Positions 56,311 to 64,000 of a DNA stretch of 64,000 nucleotides are shown here, in pieces. The stretch covers positions 32,001 to 96,000 of the forward strand of contig CAZUFC010000008.1 in the NCBI GenBank assembly GCA_964619725.1, read 5' to 3'. The notes under the pieces are model-generated. The model was given only the letters and a program-made list of their open reading frames with translations. It did not search any database and had not been told where the DNA came from. Every line of letters begins with the position of its first letter. Position 1 is the stretch's first letter. The translations under genes were made by a program, and so were the position numbers. Source of the stretch: an uncultured bacterium (GTDB lineage Bacteria > CSSED10-310 > CAZUFC01).

Positions 56311-58800
56311 ATGAAAGAGCAAAAGCAAAATGTGTGGTTGATCCGGTTAATTGCTGCGGCCTTGTTTCTTATTCCCTGGGCGTTGTACCTTAAAACTTCC
56401 GTAATGGTCGTTTATACTGCCGATAACGGAGAATTGGTTTCGACGGCCTTCAATCTCGGCGCTCCTCATCCCACTGGATACACGGCCTACAATATTCTGG
56501 GGAGGCTCTTTTTTTTCTTACCCTTTGCAGCCATTCCCTCGCGCCTGGCAATCATGTCTGCTTTTTTTGCATCAATGAGCGTTCTGTTGATGTTTAAATT
56601 GATGAGGGATTTTTTCGGTTCGACGGCGGCTGCCGCAGCAGGCGCATTTATGGCTGCCCTGGCGCAGATATATTGGGACCAGGCTACAGTCGGAGAAGTT
56701 TATTCTCTTCATATATTTTTGATGCTGCTGGTCATCGACAGATTCGAATACGCCTTGAAAACGAAAGACCGCAGACACTGGTATTTTCTGGCATTCCTGC
56801 TTTCGCTCGCAGTAGGGCATCATATGCTGACGCTGCTTATCGGTCCGGCCCTGCTTTTCCGCTTCATTCAAAAGAAAGGTTACAGACTGCTTAAAACGAT
56901 CAATCCTCTGTTGCTGATCTTCTTTTTTATTCTGGGTTATTCCATGGTCATTTATATCGCCATGAGATACGACAAAACCAAGATGGTGCAATGGGGCGAT
57001 CTGTCCAGGTATCCCATGTTCATAAGGCATATTCTGGGCCGCAGGTTCCATCATCTGGCATCCAGCGTCAACCAGGACTTCCTTTTGGGCCGGATTAGCA
57101 TGTACATTCAAAATTTCTTTTCACAATTTTCCGCCGTGCTCGTCATTCCCGTCATTATAGGCGTTTATCGCCTTATTCGCAAAAACCTCATGCTGTTCAT
57201 CTATCTCTTCCTTATCTACGTCACAGACCTGATTTTTGCCTTGAATTATCAGGTTAAAGACATAGAGGTATTCTTCCTGCAGGGTTTCGTAATGCTGGCT
57301 TTTTTCTCTGTGCCCGGCTGGAAAAAAATATTTCAGCCCTTGATGACATCGCGGGTTTCTCCAGGAGAAGCGAAATCGCCGGAGGTGAAAAACAGATTCA
57401 GGAAAGCCCTGATTCCCATCGCAGGATTGATTCTGCTAGTCGTTCCGTTGACGAAAAATTATTATCAGAACAACAAGGAAGACAACTTCATCATACACGA
57501 TTATTCCGTCAATATCCTTAATTCCTTACCCACAAAAGCGCTTCTGCTTACTCAGGGATGGAGCTTTCCCTTTGTTTTTTTCTATAACCAGGAGGTCCTT
57601 GATTACAGGCCGGACCTGGATATTCTGATCGATAATCACGGCAATTACCTGGAAAAATTGCTCAGGGTTCCCGTGCTGCCGCCGATATACACTGATATAC
57701 CGCTGCCCATTCAGGCTTTGAAGGAACCTCAGAAACCCTTCGGTTTCGTTTACCATGTGGGAACTCATTATCCCTTCAATAAGGAAGAAGCGATAGGCTT
57801 ATGGAGACATTTCCGCATAAGAGGTCTTTACAGTGATGCCGTTTACAAGGACTTCCACAACAGGGCTCTGACGGCCATGCATTACATTATGTGGGGCGAG
57901 CGCTTGTTGCTGGAAGACCGTCGCGAGGAAGCCAGGGTGGCGTTTCGCGAAGCGGAAAGACTCAGCCTGGGCAACCAGTATCTGTGGAACTTCCTGGCTT
58001 GCCTTTATCTGAGAGAAAAAGAGTATCAGAAGGCGGAGTTAATGTGCAGACAGGCTTTGAAAAACAATCCGGATTTCATAACGGCCAAATTCAACCTGGC
58101 CTCCATTCTTCAAAAATCAGGCCGCGAGCTGGAGGCTCTCCGTTTATGGAAAGAACTCGAATCGACAGGATATAAAAGATTATCCTACCAGACCATCGGC
58201 GAAATATTCCTTAAAAACGGCGAATACGACAAGGCCGTCGATCTCCTGGAAAAGGCTAATCTCGCTCATCCCAATACCCTTGAAATTATGAACAACCTGG
58301 GACTCGCCTACAGTTATTCAAGACAATTCGATAGAGCTGAAGTGATTTTTAAAAGAGCCTTGAGGATTAATTTCAATGATCCGAAAATTTATAATAACCT
58401 GGGCAGCGTCTACATGGCGCAGGAACAACACGATATAGCCATTAAAACTTTCCGGCAGGCTCTGAGAATCGAACCGGGTTTCCGCGAACCGCAGCTTAAT
58501 CTCGGAATTATTGCCGCAAGAATAGGTGATTATAAAAAAGCCGAAGAGATTTTTAACTCGCTTCTGTCAGAAAACATGCGTGATTATGAGGCGCTCAATA
58601 ATTTGGCTCTGTTGAAAATGAATACCGGGGATGCCCGGACTGCAGAAAAATTGTGGACTGAATCATTGAAAATTAATCCCCGACAGCCGCACATCGCATC
58701 GAATCTGGATGCCATTGAGGGAGACAAAGGTCATATTCTGGAAAGTTACAGCCCTCCGGAAAGAGTCATGATCGACACATTGAGGACTTTCAGTCCCTGA
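56311..58800 (+). CDS. DUF2723 (TMEM260-like) GT-C membrane protein with TPR repeats
   Basis: DNGEL, LGAPHPTGY..Y, WDQATVGEVY and GHH motifs; multiple TPRs (NNLG). Confidence 0.85.
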   Translation: MKEQKQNVWLIRLIAAALFLIPWALYLKTSVMVVYTADNGELVSTAFNLGAPHPTGYTAYNILGRLFFFLPFAAIPSRLAIMSAFFASMSVLLMFKLMRDFFGSTAAAAAGAFMAALAQIYWDQATVGEVYSLHIFLMLLVIDRFEYALKTKDRRHWYFLAFLLSLAVGHHMLTLLIGPALLFRFIQKKGYRLLKTINPLLLIFFFILGYSMVIYIAMRYDKTKMVQWGDLSRYPMFIRHILGRRFHHLASSVNQDFLLGRISMYIQNFFSQFSAVLVIPVIIGVYRLIRKNLMLFIYLFLIYVTDLIFALNYQVKDIEVFFLQGFVMLAFFSVPGWKKIFQPLMTSRVSPGEAKSPEVKNRFRKALIPIAGLILLVVPLTKNYYQNNKEDNFIIHDYSVNILNSLPTKALLLTQGWSFPFVFFYNQEVLDYRPDLDILIDNHGNYLEKLLRVPVLPPIYTDIPLPIQALKEPQKPFGFVYHVGTHYPFNKEEAIGLWRHFRIRGLYSDAVYKDFHNRALTAMHYIMWGERLLLEDRREEARVAFREAERLSLGNQYLWNFLACLYLREKEYQKAELMCRQALKNNPDFITAKFNLASILQKSGRELEALRLWKELESTGYKRLSYQTIGEIFLKNGEYDKAVDLLEKANLAHPNTLEIMNNLGLAYSYSRQFDRAEVIFKRALRINFNDPKIYNNLGSVYMAQEQHDIAIKTFRQALRIEPGFREPQLNLGIIAARIGDYKKAEEIFNSLLSENMRDYEALNNLALLKMNTGDARTAEKLWTESLKINPRQPHIASNLDAIEGDKGHILESYSPPERVMIDTLRTFSP

Positions 58801-59044
58801 TCGTTTTCGTTGATTTCGCTGAGAGCATGAGTCGTCTTAAATTCATAAGAGAAATTGCAGCCGGGGGTATATCGACATCAAGCGGAAAGTCAGGGCAGGG
58901 CCGAATGAGAAAGGTCTTGCTTTGCCGGATAAGATAATTTTCGTAGTCGCTTGACAATAAAGGAAAAATATTATAAAAATAAATGAACAAAAGAGAATTT
59001 AAATAATATTGGGGAGTTCAATTGTGGGAAGACGGAAATTTGAC

Positions 59045-61855
59045 ATGGGGAGAAAAAACGTAAATTCGATACTCGAGACCGGCGATTGGAGCAACTATGA
59101 CGATCTGCAGATCGTCATAGACGAAGCGATCAATACGGGACGTTATTCGACCAAGGGATTCGTTGAATTATTGAACAAAGGGTACATGGAAACGAACGTC
59201 AAGAAGAAATCGGACCGTATCAGTGCGATTGAGGAGATTTTAATAAGGACGCAGAACGTCAAGGCCTGCGATGCGCTTTTGAATGTGTTGAAGACGGTAA
59301 TCGACCGAGAGACGCGTGATGCGATAATCAGGATAACGTGTGAGCTGGGAGATTCCCGTCTGGATAAGCGGCTTGTATCGATGCTTCGGGACAAGAGCCG
59401 GCCTGTGCGTGATGCGGCGAACGTGATTTTAAAGCATATCGGCAGGCGTTCGACGTTTGAGTTATTGAAGTCGAGTTGTCTGGACAACGGGGGATGGGCT
59501 TCGAAGCGGGAAGCGATAGATGTTTTATATTATTTGGACCCGACCGAATCGATACCTGTTTTTTCAGAGATAATAGCTGAGGGGAACAAGGCTGAGGTAC
59601 GTTTCGCGATAGAAAAGCTGTCGAAGATAAGGAACCGTCAGGCCAAGAAGGTAATTATAGAAGCGTCGAGGAATGAGAGCGCTCGCATACGGTTATGGGG
59701 GACGCAGGCGCTGGTAGAGATAAACGAACCCGAACTGACGGAAGAACTGATTCGATTAACAGGGGATGAGAACGTGAGTGTGGCGATGGCAGCGGTTGAG
59801 GGGTTGGAAAAGCAGAAAGGCAAGGAATCTATACAGTGTCTGGTTGAGCTTCTCGAAAATGACGACAACAGGCTTGTATCGAGATCGATTGATGCTTTGA
59901 AGCATGTAGGCGACGATTCAGCGATTGAACCGCTGGTGGAGAAACTCCGTTCACGGGATTTTTCGGTCAGGCACAGCACAATGGAGACACTGGTTCATCT
60001 GGGCAGGTCTCAGAGCGTCAATACCTGTAAAATGCTGGTGGATATCATGATGGACCCTGACGTCAACGTAAGGCGTTGCGCTGTGGAAGTCATCAGCAGT
60101 CTGGGCGCCGAGGGCGTGATGTGGGAATTGTTTCAGCATATCAAGGATGAAGATTGGTGGGTACGCGAAAGAGTCGCCAATTTATTTTGTGAATTAAAAG
60201 ATCACCGCATCATAGAACCGGTTATAGAACTTTTGAAAGACCCCAGCACGAAAGTCCGGCGTTATGCGGTCGAAATTCTGAACAGTTTGCCGGACAAGCG
60301 AGCGATAAAACCATTGCTCGAATCTCTTACGGATGCCGACTGGTGGATTCGTGAACGGGCGATTGAAGCTTTGGGTACGATTAAAGAAAAAAAAGTAACG
60401 CCTATCCTTATCAGAATCTTGAAATTCAGGGACTTGAATTGGGTGACCATCCATGCGCTGGGTGAAATAGGAAGTCCTGAAGCTTTTGAACCTCTGGAGA
60501 AGTTTCTATCAGACGAAAGAGAAGAAATACGCCTGGAAGCTCTGAAGGCTTTGGAAAAAATCAAGATGACGGAAAAGGCGCAGGACGAAATAATGAACCT
60601 TCTGAGCGATCCGGTGAAAGAAATAAGGATGAAAGCACGGGAAATATTGGGAAATTTGCTTGAGGATATAGATCGAAAAGCCGCCGAAGGCGAACAGGAA
60701 TACAAGAAGAAATATCTCACGGAACTGGATAATTACCTGTTGGAAGTCAAAAAAACAGAGGCTTCAGACCTCTGCGTATCTCCTGATCGAAGACCTATGA
60801 TGAAGAAGCACGGCGATATGATCGTTCTTTCTAATGAAATAATAAAGCCGGAAAACACCAGAAGCATGTTGTTGAATATATGTCCCCCGGAAGTAAAAGA
60901 GGATTTCGGCCGTATACGTGATACTGATTTTTCATACGAGATACCGGGCGAGGGGCGATTTCGGGTCAACATATGTCAGCAGAGAAACGGTATCGCCGGT
61001 TTTTTCCGCGTGACGCCGGAAAAACCGCCGACCATCGAAGAGCTGAAATTTCCCCAATCGGTGTATCACTTCACGAAATTACATCAGGGGCTGGTGTTGG
61101 TGACCGGGCCGACGGGTTGCGGGAAATCGACCACGCTGGCGGCTTTGGTGAATGAAATAAATGAAACGCGTTTCGAGCATATCATAACCATCGAAGACCC
61201 CATAGAATATATACATACGCCGAAGAACTGCATCATAAACCAGAGAGAGCTGGGACAGGATACCTTATCTTTTTCGAATGCTTTGAGATCGGCATTGAGG
61301 GAGGACCCTGACATCATACTGGTGGGAGAGTTGCGTGATCTGGAGACGATATCGATGGCTATCACGGCTGCAGAGACGGGGCATCTCGTATTCGGAACGC
61401 TTCATACGACTGATGCGGCGAAAAGCGTTGATCGAATCATTGATGTTTTTCCATCCTCGCAGACTGATCTCATCAGGACAATGCTGTCCGAATCGCTTGT
61501 TGGCGTCATCAGTCAGCAGCTTGTAAGGCAAAAGGAAGGCGGCATGATCGCTGCCATGGAAATTCTCATGACTTCGGCCGCTTTACGTAAAATGATCCGG
61601 GACGGAAAAACTTTCCAGATTCCTACCGTTATGATTACAGGTCAGGATGCGGGTATGCAGAGTATGGACCAGGCTTTGATGAAATTATACAAAAAGGGAA
61701 TCATCACTATTGCCGAAGCCTACAGCCATGCCGTCTCGAAAAAAGAATTCGAAGATTACCTCAAGGAAGAGGGTCAAAACATGGAAAACTTCAAAGGGCA
61801 AGCGGATGAACTTGCCCAATTGTTAATGGAGGAGAACCAGAATGGCGAAAATTGA
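59045..61855 (+). CDS. HEAT/PBS-lyase repeat - PilT/PilU ATPase fusion
   Basis: About 550 aa of L.D....VR..A...L repeats, then ASDL, RFRVN, GPTGCGKSTT, TIEDPIE, ALREDPDIILVGE and GHLVFGTLH. Confidence 0.9.
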   Translation: MGRKNVNSILETGDWSNYDDLQIVIDEAINTGRYSTKGFVELLNKGYMETNVKKKSDRISAIEEILIRTQNVKACDALLNVLKTVIDRETRDAIIRITCELGDSRLDKRLVSMLRDKSRPVRDAANVILKHIGRRSTFELLKSSCLDNGGWASKREAIDVLYYLDPTESIPVFSEIIAEGNKAEVRFAIEKLSKIRNRQAKKVIIEASRNESARIRLWGTQALVEINEPELTEELIRLTGDENVSVAMAAVEGLEKQKGKESIQCLVELLENDDNRLVSRSIDALKHVGDDSAIEPLVEKLRSRDFSVRHSTMETLVHLGRSQSVNTCKMLVDIMMDPDVNVRRCAVEVISSLGAEGVMWELFQHIKDEDWWVRERVANLFCELKDHRIIEPVIELLKDPSTKVRRYAVEILNSLPDKRAIKPLLESLTDADWWIRERAIEALGTIKEKKVTPILIRILKFRDLNWVTIHALGEIGSPEAFEPLEKFLSDEREEIRLEALKALEKIKMTEKAQDEIMNLLSDPVKEIRMKAREILGNLLEDIDRKAAEGEQEYKKKYLTELDNYLLEVKKTEASDLCVSPDRRPMMKKHGDMIVLSNEIIKPENTRSMLLNICPPEVKEDFGRIRDTDFSYEIPGEGRFRVNICQQRNGIAGFFRVTPEKPPTIEELKFPQSVYHFTKLHQGLVLVTGPTGCGKSTTLAALVNEINETRFEHIITIEDPIEYIHTPKNCIINQRELGQDTLSFSNALRSALREDPDIILVGELRDLETISMAITAAETGHLVFGTLHTTDAAKSVDRIIDVFPSSQTDLIRTMLSESLVGVISQQLVRQKEGGMIAAMEILMTSAALRKMIRDGKTFQIPTVMITGQDAGMQSMDQALMKLYKKGIITIAEAYSHAVSKKEFEDYLKEEGQNMENFKGQADELAQLLMEENQNGEN

Positions 61856-62930
61856 TGCTTTTCTGGAAATGGTAGCGGACCAGGAGGCGTCCGATCTTCA
61901 CCTTATTTCCGGATCGCAGCCCATGATCAGACATAACGGCACCATTAAACCCATTCGTTTCCGAACTCTTACTTCAAATTACACATGGTACCTGATGGAA
62001 GAAATCATGACGCCCGAACAGAAAGAGGCATACAAGGAAAATAAAGAGCATGATTTCGCCTACGCCATACCGGGTCTGGCGCGTTTCCGCGTCAATATAT
62101 TCAACCAGAAAAACGGCATCAGCGCCGTCTTTCGGTTGATACCGGAGAAGATCATGTCTATCGAGGATTTGAATCTGCCTCCCGCCTTAAGACAGTTCGC
62201 TTTCATGAACAAAGGCATAGTGCTGGTGACGGGACCTACGGGAAGCGGAAAATCGACTACTCTCGCCGCTATCATTGATGTTATTAATTCCGAAAGAAAA
62301 TGTCATATCATCACTATTGAAGACCCCGTCGAATTCGTTCATCCTCCAAAGAAATCCCTTATTACACAAAGAGAAGTCGGGACAGACACAGCAACTTTCG
62401 CCAGCGCTTTAAGGTCCGCTTACCGGGAAGCTGCCGACGTCATCCTGGTCGGTGAGATGCGCGACCTTGAAACGATCTCACTGGCGCTTACGTGCGCTGA
62501 AACAGGATGCCTGGTTTTCGGCACTCTTCATACCATCTCAGCAGCTAAAACCGTCGACCGTATGATAGATGTCTTCCCTAAAGAGGCACAGGCTCAGGTC
62601 AGAACACAGATATCACTCAGTTTAAAAGGAGTTGTTGCGCAACAACTGCTTAAAAGAAAAGACGGAAAAGGGCGAATAGCCGCAGTCGAAATTCTTGTCG
62701 GCTCAGTAGCTCTGTCGAACCTCGTCAGAGAAGGAAAAACTTTCCAGATAGAATCGCTTATCCAATCTGCAGATTATGAAAAAACAGGCATGCAGACCAT
62801 TGACCAGGCGCTTGTCAGGTTGCTCGATCAGGACCTGGTCACTCCAGAAGACGCCTACCTGAAAGCGCATCAGAAATTGGCATTCAAAGACCTTATCGAA
62901 AGAAAATATCAATTCGAAGACTCCGCATGA
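61842..62930 (+). CDS. pilT: Type IV pilus retraction ATPase PilT
   Basis: ASDLHL, RFRVN, GPTGSGKSTT, TIEDPVE, VILVGEMRD, FGTLH and GMQT motifs. Confidence 0.93.
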   Translation: MAKIDAFLEMVADQEASDLHLISGSQPMIRHNGTIKPIRFRTLTSNYTWYLMEEIMTPEQKEAYKENKEHDFAYAIPGLARFRVNIFNQKNGISAVFRLIPEKIMSIEDLNLPPALRQFAFMNKGIVLVTGPTGSGKSTTLAAIIDVINSERKCHIITIEDPVEFVHPPKKSLITQREVGTDTATFASALRSAYREAADVILVGEMRDLETISLALTCAETGCLVFGTLHTISAAKTVDRMIDVFPKEAQAQVRTQISLSLKGVVAQQLLKRKDGKGRIAAVEILVGSVALSNLVREGKTFQIESLIQSADYEKTGMQTIDQALVRLLDQDLVTPEDAYLKAHQKLAFKDLIERKYQFEDSA

Positions 62931-62949
62931 TCCATCTCCGTTTTCCCGA

Positions 62950-63070
62950 TAATATTTTCCATTTCGATCCCGATACTGACCCCGATTACTGAAACAAACC
63001 GTCAAATGTTCTGAAAGAAGTTTAACCCCTCTTTGATCAGTCCCGTAAAAATTATAACCCCTGTTTGATC
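62950..63070 (-). repeat. Partial inverted copy of the dispersed repeat
   Basis: ttccatttcgatcccgatac..cccgattactgaaacaaaccgtc...tttgatcagtccc is the reverse complement of 20192-20284. Confidence 0.85.
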
Positions 63071-63412
63071 TGTGCCGACAGTTGTCATGCCGCCCAGGCA
63101 TGTATTCAAAACTCAAAGAGCCTTTCTGCAGCGGCGTGCCGAGTTAAAAACGGCTTTGAGCTGAAACGCCGCTCAGAAGTTTGTTCAAAAAAACCAAAGA
63201 AAAACCGAAAACATTCCTTTTCGAGCGATAAGCTTCGGCTTGCGGGAGGATATATCCAGAAAAAAGCGCTAAGAATGTTGACTTCACAAATTTTATCATT
63301 ATAAATTAACGAAGGAAGTTATTGATCCTGCTGCAATAAAAATTCCAAAAAATTCATCATAAAAAATTAAAGAATAGAAATTTTAACTGCTTTAAATTTC
63401 AGGAGGCTAGGA

Positions 63413-64000
63413 ATGAGTAGGAGCAAGGGGGAATTTTCGAAATTATTTTTGACGATTATTTTATTATTTGCGGCGGGAGCATACGGCAATTTTGCATCAG
63501 GATCGCCGACGCCATCAGCGACGGTTGTGCCGACAGGTGAACCCACGGAAGCATCGACTCAGATTGCGACCGAGGTTCCGACGCAGGTTCCGACGTTGAC
63601 GCCGACATGCACGGCAACTATGCCGACGACCTGGAGCACGGACAGGGGGGAAAACTTAAAGGTTGCTGCGAGCGATGCGGGCCGCAGCAGTTACCGAATG
63701 ATCCCGGACGATCTTGGCGGCTATATCGTGGTCTGGTATGAATCCGGAGAAGAGCAGGGAATATACGGACAGCGATTTGATGCGACCGGAGCGCGGATGT
63801 GGGGACCTGATGGGATCGAGGTATGTCCGAATGCTGTGAATCCTTGGGGTCCGAAGATATGCACAGATGGAGCGGGCGGCGCTATTTGCCTTTGGTGGGA
63901 TAATCAGGGTACATATGATCAGACCTGGATTCAGCGGATCGATGCATCAGGGAACCTTTCATGGGGCGAAGACGGTAATCTGATAAGTCCTTACAACGTT
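63413..64000 (+). CDS. Secreted protein (partial, runs off the window): signal peptide, Thr/Pro linker, DGxGG..W..QR.D..G...W repeats
   Basis: AGGAGG RBS and ATG 63413; open to the window end (MSRSKGEFSKLFLTIILLFAAGAYG...DDLGGYIVVW...IYGQRFDATG...DGAGGAICLW). Absent from the ORF track because there is no stop. Confidence 0.85.
   Translation, partial: MSRSKGEFSKLFLTIILLFAAGAYGNFASGSPTPSATVVPTGEPTEASTQIATEVPTQVPTLTPTCTATMPTTWSTDRGENLKVAASDAGRSSYRMIPDDLGGYIVVWYESGEEQGIYGQRFDATGARMWGPDGIEVCPNAVNPWGPKICTDGAGGAICLWWDNQGTYDQTWIQRIDASGNLSWGEDGNLISPYNV

Noticed and set aside
58951-58980. TTGACA promoter upstream of HEAT-PilT
   Set aside because: The -35 is perfect but there is no convincing -10 at 16-18 nt spacing; too weak to list.

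Overview
Bacterial chromosomal window with no rRNA, tRNA or CRISPR array recognised. The many Thr/Pro-linker, Cys-rich, cohesin/dockerin-type secreted proteins suggest an uncultured candidate-phylum-type organism, but taxonomy cannot be fixed from this window. (1) 1-7.9 kb, minus strand: ATL/MGMT-like gene (frameshifted), carbamoyltransferase, NUDIX, dCTP-deaminase-like, GT2, YfiH/PgeF, SAM methyltransferase and a secreted protein. (2) 8.4-20.3 kb is a decaying accessory hotspot. It holds tatD, a modular dispersed repeat family, intact and broken toxin-antitoxin modules, an IS4/IS50-type remnant, and a 1354-aa HD-NACHT-FGE(CLec) protein. That protein ends in an AAC-rich, template-repeat-like tract followed by a structured spacer and the 5' end of a DGR-type reverse transcriptase, which reads as a collapsed diversity-generating retroelement. 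(3) 20.3-36.1 kb: two giant paralogous beta-helix proteins, each with a dockerin-like and a cohesin-like module, followed by a five-cohesin, C-terminally anchored scaffoldin-like protein. This is a cellulosome-like architecture with no recognisable cellulases. (4) 37-46.5 kb: pyruvyl transferase, GT4 and a fadN-fadA-fadE beta-oxidation operon. (5) 46.7-64 kb: NYN protein, three GT-C-type membrane glycosyltransferases among secreted proteins, a HEAT-repeat-PilT fusion plus canonical PilT, and a secreted protein cut by the window end. All family calls come from motif recognition by eye, not from database searches.
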